A stretch of 64,000 nt of DNA from NCBI GenBank assembly GCA_002633005.1, contig NMRA01000027.1:1229788-1293787 (forward strand), given 5' to 3'. The translations under genes were made by a program, and so were the position numbers. Origin of the DNA: Phoronis australis (Eukaryota > Animalia > Phoronida). Below, one piece after another: positions 1-14,200 of this stretch. The notes under the pieces are model-generated. The model saw only the letters and a program-made list of their open reading frames with translations. It had not been told where the DNA came from and searched no databases. Numbering within the stretch: position 1 is the first letter of the stretch; each line of letters begins with the position of its first letter.

Positions 1-185
1 TTTTGATGAGCCTGGAACTATTGCCTCAGGCTTCCTTTGGCCGTATTAATGTGTTGATCGTGATGAAAGTTTCTGTGGTTTTTTGCAAATACCATCAGCA
101 TGTAAACAGAATCAGCTGTTGAGATTAGTTTGCTGTTTCTGTACTTGCTCACCTTGCATTGATGAGCTGGACTGCACTGACTTGG

Positions 186-570
186 CAGTCACAAGGAAGT
201 GGTCTTTATAAAGTTGGGAGGAAGTGGTTTGTACAAGTCACAGGGAAGTGTTCTGTACACGTCACAAGGAAGTGGTTTGTACAAGTCACTGGGAAGTGGT
301 GTGTACAAGTCACAGGGAAGTGGTGTACAGGTCACAGGGAAGTGGTGTACAAGTCACAGGGAAGTGGTGTACANGTATAGGTCTCAGGGAAGTGGTGTGC
401 AGGTCACAGGGAAGTGGTGTACAGGTCACAGGGAAGTGGTGTACAGGTCACAAGGAAGTGGTTTGTACAAGTCACTGGGAAGTGTTTTGTACAAGTCACT
501 GGGAAGTGGAGTGTACAAGTCACAGGGAAATTATTTGTGTAAGTCACAATGAAGTGGTCTTTACAGTCAC
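186..570. repeat. Minisatellite, about 21-23 bp unit (GTCACAGGGAAGTGGTGTACA and variants)
   Basis: Roughly 17 visible tandem copies, degenerate at both ends; explains the repetitive ORFs at 159-619. Confidence 0.95.
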
Positions 571-3500
571 CGGGATGTGGTCTTATCAAGTTGCATGTCC
601 TCCACAGGTAACCTTATAAACTCAGTCAAATTTTCACACCATGGTTGCCATGGCTGTTGTTTCAAATATCATATGTTAGTAAGATTCTGCATCACTTTCT
701 ACTGTGCTTGCATACATCAAGAGTATACTCAAATTTCCATAGCTGTTAACTGCCTATCACAATTTTACGTTTGTAGAATATAGTCTATGTAACACTATTT
801 TCAAGTTCATAAAACTAAAAGGTCTTTACAGAAGATCCTAGACCCTCATTTGTAGTAATTGCAAATAGACTTATTAAGGTTGTTTGACTAGCGGAAAAGT
901 CATAAAGCAGTCGTTGTTTAATGACACTGACTAATTTATATAATGATGATTTGATTATTACTTTTTATTTTAAATGACAGGATATTTAATTGAAAAAATG
1001 TTGATTTTGTGTTGAGTATCAATTACTATTGTAGTGTTAAATAATCAAACTTCACAGTGATGTGATACTAAACAACGCACAAACCCATGTAGAAATTATC
1101 TATGACTTAATTGAAACAACACATTTAAATTAATTAAAGAATATGAGTCTCATCTTGTATTATTTACATCAGCTCAACTCATTTCACAATCCTAATAGTT
1201 GTCATGGGAATAATAGAAATATGACGACCACTGAAAAGTTGTTTGAGGCCTCAAGTGCGGAATATGGATCTTTAGGTATGTAAACATCCTGGTCGAACTT
1301 ATCATAGATTGACATTCTTCATACAGTGTAAACATTGTTTTAAAGGCCATTAAAAGTGCTGATATTTCTGAAATTATATGTAAGACTGGTTGTGCTAAGG
1401 CAATTTACCAGGGTGTCTACCATCACTGCCACAGTATTATCTAAGCACTGCAGATTGGATGTTTTCAGAACATAGCACCTCAATAGGCGCTCTCTAGAGT
1501 AATGAGAGCAGGAAAGTGAATTTTTATTGATCCCGACTTAGATTTGGCAGACAGAAATTCAATTTAGTTATTGCTTGGTGGTTCATTAATTTTAAAACAG
1601 GGGAACCAATTTCAAGCGCCTTCCATTGCTTGATTATGTTGAGTCCACTAGTTTATTTTAGCTTTTTGTTACCGACTAAGCTTGAAATTGACCTGCTTGA
1701 TCCGAGTCGAGCCGCAGCCACTGGCTTGGTTGTCTATTTCTTTACAGTGGGAAATGTATGGAACACGATAATGAATCCTTGTTCATTCATTGACAATTCG
1801 AAAGGTATACCCTTTTTCGAAAGACATCAGTAAATCCCACTGCATAGAAGTGTAAATTTGGCGGCATAATGGCAGGAAAGGTGTTAAAACACTTTTTATA
1901 CCAGTAGGTCGAAACCTCCCGTCCGCTTTACATTGGATCTATAGGTGGCGCCGAATGCTTGTCTACCAAACTCCTTTTCACCATCTGGTAGGTTAGCGAA
2001 TTTCAATGTGGTGCGGCTCTTCCGAAAGTCACCTATAGATAATTGTGATGGCCTGCCAACTCTTTTGACCTTTAATTAGCCCTGCATTTGTTCTTGAACA
2101 CTGCCCTGGTGCTTTAATTGCTGGTTGTCTAACTGCACTGTGTACTGTAAAGCAGCTAATAGATGCCCATGTCATTCCTTATTCCAGACCTGCAGAACAG
2201 GACTTTCTAGGCATAAAATTTTGTTAACTGTTTTGTGTTTTCACTTTTTCTTGACTGGTCATAAACACATGGTAAGGTTATGGCTAAGTTTCATGTCATA
2301 TTGCTTGTTGTCCTGAGGCACACTATGGGCCAGCTGTAAATGAGTTGGTATCCTGACATGCTTTAGTGGTTGCCAAAAGGAGTGCTTTTGTGAGACTTGA
2401 CAAATTGTATTCAGGATTTGTTCATCTCATTTCATTGTGTCTTGGTTGTTGAATGGGGCTTGTTTCACAAATTTGACCCTACCTAGGACAAGGTCGGTTA
2501 ACCCATCACATTTTGAGCTCTGTCACAATTGTCAAGGAGGAAGGTTATGTGATTCTTTGCACAGTTAACATCTAACTTCTGTATTAATTGTGGTCATAAA
2601 GATACAAATATTGGATGGATACATGCTTTTGAGGTTTGTGACTGTTGGAGCACTGGTCATTTAAACTGGACGTTCTTACAGGTTGTCAAAAAATGCGTGG
2701 TTTAATATAACTGAGAAACTTGCCACTGCCCAGTGGCTGCTGAACATTATATCAATGTTAATTTTGACATGACTGCATTATTAGTTCATCAAGAGGCTTA
2801 TCACCAATGGACAAAAATGGTGCTGGCCAAGTAATAGGTTTTGTTGTGTGCTTTAGATAACAAACTGGTGGAGATGATGACTGATTGTAGGTCACAAAAG
2901 GGGAAATTTACTGCTGCTGTTTCAGAAGTTCTAAAACATTTCCAAATACATTTGCGGAGGTGTGGATACTTCCTGCTTTGTTGATATTCTGGACGTAGCG
3001 TGCCAGTTGGACTTAGCGAGGAGGTACAAGACACTGAGAATTTGTTGTGGCTCGATTCATTTCATTGGTTTAACAGCTCATCATCAATGGGGTGTATATT
3101 TAGTTTCCTTGGTCCAACTGCAGAGACAGGCGTTTTAGCCCGTGTGTTCAGGGGCCGTGCTGGTATAGGTAAGTTGGTGATGAAGAGGTTTTTCTTTGTA
3201 TGAAAATCAAGTTTCTGTCGGGTGATCTCTGTGTCCTGGAAAAATACATATTCAGCAGTTCAATGCCTGAGTTTCATTTTCACAAGTGAAGTTTGTCATT
3301 TTACGTTGAGAAGCTCTAAGTACTTGGTGATGGAAATCCTCATGAGAGAACTCCTTGGTTAACATTTGGAGTTTTGTTTCCACAATGACTAAGGGAGCTT
3401 AAGCCAAACTGTTACTAACCTGTCCTGATCGATTAAAAAATTAACACGCGTAGCTTAGTTGTGCTGCTGAAGAAATCGTATTTTTGCTAATTTCTCTTAT

Positions 3501-6500
3501 AATGCATGGATTATATATATTCCAGGAAAGTTAATACTTATACTTTTCAATTTTTAAAACAGTCACGTTGGCGTTTGCATTACTTATTGTTTGTTTTTTA
3601 CTTCGAAACTAGTATGCTAAGCAGGCCCTGCTTTTTGGTTTACAACCGCAATTGCCTCAATCAATACACATTCAGCCAAGGCCAATAGGCACTAGCTCAT
3701 AGCTGCTCACTTCTATCTGTGACAGCACTTTCAAGCCTTTGATGTGCCAAAGAATTCGTTGGACAATTACTCTGGGGTGATGAGTGCACGCTTTCTTGTC
3801 CACTTGCGTGCATATCCTATCAGCGTAAGATTTGCCTGATATGTTATATTTTCTCTGATATATCGTCTGAAGTTAGGCTTTGGTGTGTTTGTGGTAATAT
3901 TTTAACAACTTGGGACACAGTATGGCAATCATGAGGTGAAATTATACTTTCTCATTTTTTCATAAAAGATCTGGGCGTATACTACACTGACTCTATATAT
4001 AATAGTGCCTTGCCATGTTGAAGTTGTTTGCTGAGACAGTATTACAATGTCATAAGACCTTGAAAAACAAAGAAGGGTTAATTTTGGCAATGATATTTTA
4101 TTGACATTGGTGATGTTGTAGTCTACAAAAAAATACAACATTATCGATGTTTTGAGCCAGCATTCTTAGAATATCTGCCTATAAAGTAGCGACACCTCTT
4201 GACCATTTTGACAAGCATTCTAAAGCTTAAAAACCATAACATCCTCTAGTGTTTTGTGGTGTGTGTTGATTCTTTTTAACCTGTAAGTTCAGCCCAGTGT
4301 CTGGGTTACGCATCATTTCCTCAATGTAAAATGTTTTACTAGCCACTTTGGGGCTGGATCCTCACCACTGCACAATGTTTAGTGCACATTCATTATCAGT
4401 TATATGGGATTTAGCTCAATTAATGTCTGATTCATCAGATGTTTACCCATGTGACAATCATCTCTGAGATACAAGTGTCTTATCACTGTGTCTGCCATCA
4501 TGACACTTTTATGATACCTGGTCCAGTGTGACAATATTGGGTGTTCCCCTTTGAAAGGTCATGTTCATTAGCCAAGAGCCAAGTTATTTTACCTCTGTTT
4601 TCGTTCTCCTAAGGTTGTCAGAAATGTGTTAAAGTTGGCCTGGAAGAAGTTGACATTTTACTTCATGTTGGATGGTGTTTTAAGTTCTATAACTTCTCAT
4701 CTGTGGTTTCCGAAATGAGTCATTGTCAAGGCTTTGAGGCTCACGGTAAGATGTTTTGGCTTGGCTGTGATGCATTGCTGTGTATTCTGCACTGGGGTAA
4801 GAGAATCCCTTGTCCTAATGACCTGACCACCTCAGTGGTTTGAGCTTTTGATTACCATTGTGGAGAGCCTGTGCTCTAGTTCTCAGGACACTGTCATGCA
4901 TACTGTTCCACCTTTTGGGTGTGTCGTCACTTATAACTTCTGAAGGGTATTGCCTACAAGGGTCGAAGGTCTTTTAAAGGCAACCTTTCCTTCAGTTTCA
5001 CCAATTTGGAACACAGAAAGACATCATGAGAGACATCACCAAAATACAGTAAATAGCAAAAGTTATCTGACAAAATACTGTTTGCCAAAAAGCAGAACTG
5101 ACCAGTGATATATGTTATGGCAAAATTCGAATTTCAGGATGACTTGGCCACTGTACTTTCTGTCTTGTTTATTCGCCTTCATTCTTGGTCAGCAGGGAAG
5201 GCAGCTCTAACGAATAATTCATGACGAGAATTCCAGGACATGTTGTCTGAGAACTTTTGGTATCTACTGTAGGAAAATTGTGAGAGTTCTAGCCCTGCTT
5301 GTGTTTTTTTACTGTCAATCTATAAAATGTGAAGTTGGATGCCGTTGAACTGTGGTCGCCATTTTGTTGGGACACCATCAGAAATTCAAAAATTATTTCG
5401 AAAACTTCATGTTTGATTCTAGTGAGGTAGAAAATATATCTGAAACTAAATAAGGCGATCCAGATCCTCCCAAGGATACTATTGTTTCATGAAATGAAGA
5501 ATATCAATCGGTAAATAAAACAACAAGAATGTATCAACTGAAATTTGAAATTTTCGGATGTAACAACTTCCTTGATCAACAAAAACAGAAATAAAGTAAA
5601 ATCAAACACAAAAGGATTCAAATTTGCTTTCCCCTAATTCGCTTCATGATTTGCAGTTTACAACTATGTTATGGATTGATTTGCTAAATTAAGAAATGAA
5701 TTTATTATAAGCATTTTTTCAAACTGCGACCAACCCCACTCTTTAGTAATAATACCTGTGCTGTCTAGACTGGCTCTTCTATGTTATATAATTTAATGTT
5801 CAGGTCTTGACACCATTTCCACCTGAATACACTGGTCCTGGTTACAACCACCTCTCCCCAGACCACTCACTGTTTGCTCTTTGATATCAAGTCACACAGG
5901 TATATTATGAATATCAATATTTATGCTGTGCACACTTACCCCTTCCCTAACAATAGGTTGCTTTTGCCCTCCTGTTTTCATTGCCATACATCATTTTGAC
6001 AGCAATTTTCTTGAGCGATGTTATCGCTGATTTTGGCTTTATTCTGTACATGGAATGGTTAGTCTCAAAGTGGCACAGGAGAGGCATGGTAAAAGGTACA
6101 TGGTTTGGTAGCAGTTTCCCAGGTTTGGTGAGAGTTTCCTTGGCTGGAAGACTTGTTGGATCCATTCTTTTGCTCTTTTGCGTTCTTCTCCTTCATTGTA
6201 TTTCTGGTAGTGTCACTGTCTGACAATAGCTTGGTGCAGTTTGCTGTGTGTGGTAGGAATTATAAACATCTTTGTATGAGTATTAAAGAATGAAATGGTC
6301 TGGTTGTGGTCGTCTTGATGGTCTCTGGTTAGTTGGCTCCAATTGTGTTTTTGTATTGCTGGATGAGTGTTTAGCGTAACCTGTTTTGGTCAGAGGAAAA
6401 TGTATGTGAATGTTTGACTCAAAGTTGCTGTGAAAACAATGAGATATGGGATGAAATGGGACTTGAGGTGCTGCTCTGGGAGGTTCGTTTTCCGTCAGTC

Positions 6501-9500
6501 TTATTTCACGTTAAGAAAAGATCTGAAGAGTTTTAACTGTGTCTTCTGAATTTAGAAAGTGAGGGTAATGTTGATTTGAAAACATCCATTGGTAAAAGGT
6601 CTTCATTTGGAAATATAAGTACGATGCAAGCATTTTTTTCAAATTGATGACTATATAATTTAAAAATCTGATTATTCTGATGTATTATTGACATGACTTG
6701 TCCGGTATGTGCTTTTTGCCAAAATGCATGTGTTCATTTTTTGTTTCTAGTAGCTGTTGCTAATCAGTCAAGTCAACTTATCTGGTTTCTTTTCAATACA
6801 TTACTCTGTAAAACAAGTTAAATATTTATAAATGCCTGTCATCAATTAATTATCAGAACACCTGGCCCTTAGGCACAATTCACACCCTTTAAAATATTAG
6901 TGTTTGCAAAATACCTGGGTACATATGGCACTGCCTTAAAGAAAATGAGGAACTGTTTTCTAAGTGTCTAGTTATAATCCAGCACTTTGCCACAACTGTT
7001 CTGAAGTTTGAGCTGTTTCATGTATACACCACAGCTAATTGTATGACTGTGTTGAATATAGGAATCAATACAAGATATGTACAGCTGTAGACCTATTGTG
7101 TACAATTGGTGTTTGATAGCCAGACAGTTGGTGTGATATTTAGGTTGTGGAAATGAGGAACCTGGAAGGACACAGTCAGCATATCTGAGCTAGGATGTCA
7201 CTGTACTGTAGATGCACTATTACATAACTATGGTATTGTGTGCAAATAAGGCAGTGTTGGAATAAGACATTAGCAGAGTTTGAGCGTCAACCCTATGTTC
7301 AAGCATTTGGGCGAACAAACATTGTTTTGGAGATTTACGCTCACCTGCAAGTGAGTAGAGTGACCATGTACCGTGCAATATGGGTGTATTCTCACCTTGA
7401 CGGTGTACTATGGGTGTAGGATAAAACATCATGGATACAGTTTGTCAAGGAGAAGAAGTGATTTTAACAGTACAAGAAAGAATAAGGTTGTTCACCTCGC
7501 AGTTACGTAATTACCAAGGTATGGAGGTTGATGTATCTCATTATGAATCTAGTTTACAAGACCAACCCCAGGTGTGTTGAGCCCTCCATGAACAGATCTG
7601 TTTGTTAAGTATAATGCCTCATTAGTTTTATCTTGGGTCTAAAGTGAGTTGTAATTTTAGGAGTAGAAAATATGTTATCAGTCGAAGAAAGAAACCGCGA
7701 TAGCCTGTCAATTTCGCTAAACTGATGCAGCAGAGAATCATGGTCCCATGGATTTCAAGACACTAAACAAATGGTTACACTGTTGCGTACTGACGTGTGT
7801 AACTGGTTCAACACTTTGTGACTAGTTTTGTTTAAGACACAGCAGAGCCAACAAGGGCAATGTTATTTCATTTTTTTAGCGTAAATGATTTGTAGCAGCG
7901 AAGAAATGATGTGTCATTTTAGCGATAGTTGCTGTAGGTGCCATGAGGAAAAGTTTCTGGGAAATTGTTGACATTTATAACAACATCTCTTGAGTCCAGC
8001 ATGATGGTAGTGTGGGCAAGACGATCGTTCTTACACTTCAGTCATGTTTTGAATCTTTTTCTCTCTTCGTAATCAAATGTTATGACTCTGGTGCTTATTC
8101 ATTCATAAATTGCTTTTTTTAATCTTTTGGAATCTTCCAATATCATTTAGTATTGAGTGTCTATTGTTGGTGAAGGTGGTGCACTCACCAAAAGGTGGTG
8201 CTGTTAGAACCTTTATCAATAAAATTATGGCGATCCTCCTTGCGTGTAGACATTTTCATTAAGATAGCTAAACTGTCGTTAAAATTACAAGATTTATAGG
8301 TATACCTCATATGCACATTTAACCCCATGCATCTAATATCCGACTATTTATTTTTTTAATCTTCCTTGGGTATTTACCGTAAAATCTCATGCACCTGTGC
8401 TTCAGGTATAATAAATAATATATTGGCACAGGTGACTATCTCTTCTATATGTGCATACCTAATGACTTGTTTTTGGTGCCTTTTGTCTTATCTGTTTTTT
8501 TTTTTCTTTGTTTTTTTTTTCATTCAAATGGTTCACGTCCCATTGACAAGGTGCCAACATATGTCGTTATATAACAGAAAGTCAAATGTCACTCTGGAGT
8601 ATTTTAAAAAGTTGTTCCCAGGTGTTTGCTCAGGTGTTGCACGTCTGGTGTAGATGCATTGCAGATGACACAACTTCAGGTAGTGCTCATGAGCTTAACT
8701 GTAGCTGGAAATAAAACTACCACAAAAAATTCTGCACATTTTGGCCCAAAAGGAAATTTATGTTTCAAACTTAGTGTTAATTCATAATTGTTTTTGATCA
8801 ACTAACTTGAGTTGAAGTTGAATTTAGTATATTTGCGTGAAAATTTGTTTTCTAATTCAATGAATCACTGTCATGCATTTCCCTTCAAGACCCTTGATAA
8901 ACTCTTCATTTATTTACCTACTGCTCAGATTACAGTGACTTGGTGCAGTCAAACATGGTCCAACTGACATAGAGGGTCACCTCATGCTTAACACCCCAGG
9001 ATTAGGACTAGAATGCCTGAAAGTAGTTTTGAATGAAAAGTGTGATAAAGCAATCACTTTACTTTAAGTAGATAAATGTTATCTTGACCCACAAAAAGTG
9101 ATAAGTTTTATCATGCTAGTTTTCCACTCGCCACCTAATGTGGAATCATTCTGCTCTTGATTTTGTCACCAACCGTCTCCTCGCCACCACCTATCTGATT
9201 ACTATTTAGCTCATTTTCCCATGCAGATAGTCAGTTTTCTAATCCCAGTAACAAGAGCATAGTTGTAAACAACCAATAACATGATTGCCTCATTTTTCCG
9301 ATGGGTGGTTTTTATGATTTTTGGACAACTTTCCTGGATTGCACAAGAAAGTTTCACGTGTTTCACATTTGTGCATGTGACCTTTGAATTTTCTGCGTCC
9401 AAAAGTAAGGAATATCCGCCATTGTGGTTTTCCGATAGAAAAAGGTTCTTGCAGATATCACGCATTGTGTTCTGTTTTGGTCATACATTTTGGGGACAAC

Positions 9501-11124
9501 AATTCCTAGTTTGGATTTCAGTAGGATAGAATGCCAGTGGCAGTTTGTTATTGTATGCTCAAGTTGTCTCCTGGTGTTTTATTATCAACAAACACATTCT
9601 ATCCCCATTTATCTGTAGAAAGGTGTTTAAATGATATTCAAACTGGTAGTTGTCAGGTAAACACCAAACTGCTGAAATCTTGTGGCAGGCCATGGCTCAA
9701 GTGTTTCAATGTAGGCAACTGGTGAAAATATTGTTGTTTTCTTGATGTAAAATATGTGGAGACATTGACATTTCCCCTTCACTTGAAATAATCATATGTG
9801 GAAAACATGTTAATTCTTGTAAATTATTTTAAATTTAGATATTTTTGTTGCTAAGCTATGAAAAAATTGATTTCATTTATAATTTGGACACATTCATAGT
9901 TTACTTTTGAAGTGTGTCCTATTTGGTAATTAAAAAAACGATACAGCGCTGTACTTAATGTAACTCGAGATAGTTCTTTGAAAGTCATTCGGGCATTTTT
10001 TCAACAGACCTGTTTCGATATGATGTTGTGAAGTAAGCAGAAATTTTCCGCTTAATGTCGTCCATGTAGATAATGTATATCAAGTGCTTGTGACAGTTTT
10101 TTTTGTGAAAAATCTATAAGCTATAAAGAGTTAATCAGCTTATCACTGCAGGGCTTGTAACAGTCATTTCAGTGGTATGTCCTTCAGGGAGGTGGAGGGA
10201 TGGATACCTGTGCTGTTTGAATGATGTTAGAAAGACAAGGATTAGGTTGTATTGAAGATAGCTAAGGCAATAGGAGAGATATCCATGGTATAGTTTAGTG
10301 AGGTTCTGGTGGTTTTGTTCACTCCTCACAGAATTTGCATACTGACTTGCATTTATGTAGTGCTTGTGTACTTTTCATTGTGAGCAAAGTGTGCGGATTA
10401 GATGGTGATGAGAAGGTCATCGTTGAGGGTTCATTGCTTTGTTTACCTTTGTCTCGTTTTGTTTTTGTTTTTCCTTGGCCAGTGCAGTGCATCGTCTGAA
10501 CAATGCCTGAATTTCTACTTATGCCCTAGTCATTCAGTTTTCATTCATCTTTCATTTTTGTTTCCTGCATCTGATGTGGCATTAAATCTATCTTGGTGTT
10601 GCCCCTTCTTGTGGTTTGATGGAAAGTTTTGTCATGTTTTTGTTTGTGTTTTTGACAAAGTAGGCTGCCAACAACTGTCCTTTCAACTTTAAACCTATTG
10701 TTGATGTTTTAGTGATATTTAAATTTCTTAATGTGCGTAGTCTCCATTGATTCTCACCAGGATTGTGGTGTGGTCTCGCTTATGTTGTGTTGATCAAAAT
10801 GTTCTTGTGTTTGACTAGTTAAGCCCATGGCTGAACGTGGGCAACAGGTCTCCTAGTTGGACCATTCACTCTCCATGGGCGACACAGAAGGCTTTCCAGG
10901 AATGGTGCTGTCTTATCAAACCTAGCTATGCCGGCTGAAATCACCCTTGCCTGTCTATGAGGATTATCGGCTTATCAAAGCAAGATCTCGCACGTTGACA
11001 CTTCGTCTGACTTATTTTTTTATCAAATTCAAATGTTGACCGTTTACATATCCTGGTGATTCATACGCCAGTTTATTGTGTCTGCTCTCTCCGTGGGACT
11101 GGTTTTTGGTGCTCTCGACTAGAT

Positions 11125-11242
11125 ATGTCCACTCTAGTAGTGCACGGTGTGCCCTCGCGCCGTTTTAGCACCGGTTGTAGGCCGTGTGCCATCAGACATA
11201 TTGGAGGGGACCGATTCAAGCAGCTGAGGGCTTTATATGAAG
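11125..11242 (+). CDS. SVIL: Probable first coding exon ([39 protein letters not shown])
   Basis: ATG at 11125 in a locally CpG-rich patch; donor GAAG|GTAAAT at 11242/3 is phase 1, which is what the next exon at 12709 needs (G+AT = Asp). Confidence 0.62.
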
Positions 11243-14200
11243 GTAAATCATTTCAGTGTCAAACTGATGCAGATTTAAGTGATGGTACCAGGTGGAAGAA
11301 ACTGACTACTGAGGCATTTGTGGTAGCATTTGTAAGCAATGTAAATTTGTCTGTATTGTGGATACTGATGATGTATGTGATGACCCAGACTAGGATGGTT
11401 CTTCACTGGGGTTAAAATGTCACCATTGTGGTGCAGTACATGGCTGAGAAGTGATATGTGTTGTTTCATTTCTTTCGTAGAAGGTAAGGTGCACGACCAA
11501 ACAAGTATTTAAAGATTATTTAGTTCTATTCTATAGCTACAATCTGGTGTTTTTTTGAGAAATTGTGGACGTCCACAACAAGCCTTGAAAAATGAAAACA
11601 ACCAGTTTGTCTGAAATCATTGAGGCGTCGCTGCGTTTTACTTTGCTTCAAATATGGGAAAGATTGCCTATTGTTGTTTAAATTTCAAATATTACAAACG
11701 AACCTAACAATAGATGGAAATTATGTTAATATTTATTTGTGTTACGAAATTTGACAAAATAGAATTTGTCTTATCTGTTATATTTTGCGCTAAATAGGCG
11801 ACTAACCCAAACTGTAAGCATTGCATATCGAAATATATCTGTTGCAGAATAACCTGTAAATAAAGATTTAATGTGGTTTATCATAGTGTTGCACTGATGT
11901 GACGGGCATATTGATGTTGACTAAGTTGTTTAACCAGTTATGGTCTGGTGCACACTCACTGAGTGTCTGTTCTTGAGTGCAGTTGTCAGCCTGACATCAC
12001 ACACACTCCTTCAACATTAGTCCTTAAGTTTGGGTGAATCCTTGTTGGTAGGTTTGTACATTTAGCCCAACATGAAAAAGCGATTATAGAATTAAACACA
12101 GTACACATTTTTCATAAAACTTGAAAGCCTGAATAAATGACATGGATTTGTGTGTACTATTCTACTATTGACTTAAGTCACATGACCATGTCTTATTAGT
12201 TATATTAGGCAAACTAGAAACATACATTTATAGGAAAACAGTTGTGTCAATAAAATTATGAAATTTGTTTTGATGTAAACATTCAATATGGAGTCTCAAA
12301 AATGTTTTCAAAATTGCCATTTCATTTTTGTTTATCCAACTAATATTATTAATGATAATCCTATTTTTGATAATTCCTCATGCAGAAGGTGGACATTTCA
12401 AAAATAATTGGTTACATAATATCTGAAAATTTCATTTAAATCCAGTCTGTCAATTTTGAAATATCACATTCCGAAGAATATCACGCTTAAGTCCTTAAAA
12501 GTAAGCTAAACCTTTTCCCTGATGAGAGGATATCTGTCAACTTTTTTTGTCAAAAACTCATGTGGCCATATTTTGTTTTAACAGTTGGTTTTATAACATC
12601 TTTTATACTGGCATAGTACCTTTATTGCATGACCTTTCAAAACACCTATTGTTATAGGATAATCAGCTATACTGAGGATGAAATTGTAAAAAGCTATTTT
12701 GTTCACAGATGGCTCTAAAAAAGACGCGGCCAAGGACATTTGTGATGACGGTACACCGTCTAGACGAAGGTCAAGGCCACGGACTGATCCCCGGAACCAG
12801 ACGACCCCCGTGACTACAGAGGAAGTGGAGCAGGCTTCGCGTGAACGCTCAAGGGTATGTTTGTGTGTGTGTTTGTGTGCGTGCGTCCGTGCGTGCTTGC
12901 AAAAACGGTCTATAGCCCCTTTTAGTCAACACTTCATGGTGGGTATGTAATCCATCATGAACCGTTTCAAAATGATGGCAAAAAGCCCAAGAATGTGGTG
13001 TGCAAACGCGCAGTGATGTGACCTCTGGTGGTGAAATCTGAAAGCCACAGAGCTAATACAGAGTTATGGTAGCTCCTGATGTCAACACCACTTCATCAGA
13101 AGCTAACACGTTTCACTATCATCGTATGTGTGAATCTGTTTACATTCTGTGGATACCTTTTTACACCCGGTTGGTGGAGATGGCGGTTCATGGCATCGTG
13201 ACAATTCATCACATGCCGCGAAAGAATTTTAGCGTTGTATATGGCATGAAGCTGCATTGAATGCTAAAAAAACTAAGCATGTTCAATTTTTATGACGGTC
13301 TTGGTAGTTTGGCGTGGACATTGTACAGTGGTCGCTTTTGCTGTGTAAAAGATGTCTGCCTCTGTGTGGACTCTCAAGTATATGAGATTACAGCGTTTTA
13401 CACTACTATCAGGTCGGCAGTAAAACTGGGCAAGCGGCATTTGCCAGCGAGCTTGAAAGTAAAATCAATGCTGGATTTTTAGGGCCTAGGGGGAAGACTG
13501 AGCAATTTACCCAGTCTGTAGAATTGCACAAATGAGTGTGTTGCTACTGTGTTCACACTGTATTCAAGTGTCCACAAACTGACACCTTGTCCCATTGAAT
13601 GACATGATTGGCTGCTGACGGGTTTCGCATTGTTCTTACATGCAGGCGGATGTTTTTTAAAAGACAGCCAAGACCGTTGGCAGCTCAAATGAACATGGTC
13701 CGTTGCAAAATTGCCAAGACCACCACGAAATTGTTAAATTTTTTTGGTTGCTCACGGTCTTCCCGAATTCTGGTAGTGTTGCGGATTACCAAATTGCCTT
13801 GAACCATCGTCTAATCTGGCGCTGTGTGAAAGAGGCCTGAGGAAATTTGGCTTTCAAATTATCATCGAACTGCCTTCAAATTCGTAAAGTGTGAAACGTA
13901 AAGAACATCGAAAATTTCAGAATGATTCAATTAGTTATATTTTAAGTGTCTGGAATTGTGTAGTTTTAGATTAATATGCATGTAAGTTTTGTACAAAGTG
14001 CTTGTCTTATTGATATATTTAATTTCAGCTTTCACTTAACACTTATGAGGATCCCTCAGAGGTGGCAAACTTTAAACAGTTCAATAAGTCTATTGATGAC
14101 ATATTGACATGTTTGAAAAATAAATTTGACCTAGAGTCCCCCTATGTGGGGTCTGCCCCACCTTGCACCTCAAAACCTTCGCCAATCCGTCAGATGATTT

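Noticed and set aside
159-619. Repetitive ORFs (SQGSG/VTGKW/HREVV)
   Set aside because: Translations of the minisatellite in all three frames; no splice or homology support.
1937-2040. 13-bp inverted repeat ATCTATAGGTG(G/A)C in a CpG-richer block
   Set aside because: Probably part of an old transposon, but no termini or TSD could be defined.
12910-13840. CpG-richer block with weak terminal similarity (AGCCCCTTTT.. / ..GTGAAAGAGGCCT), possibly Harbinger-like
   Set aside because: TIR match too degenerate to support a call.
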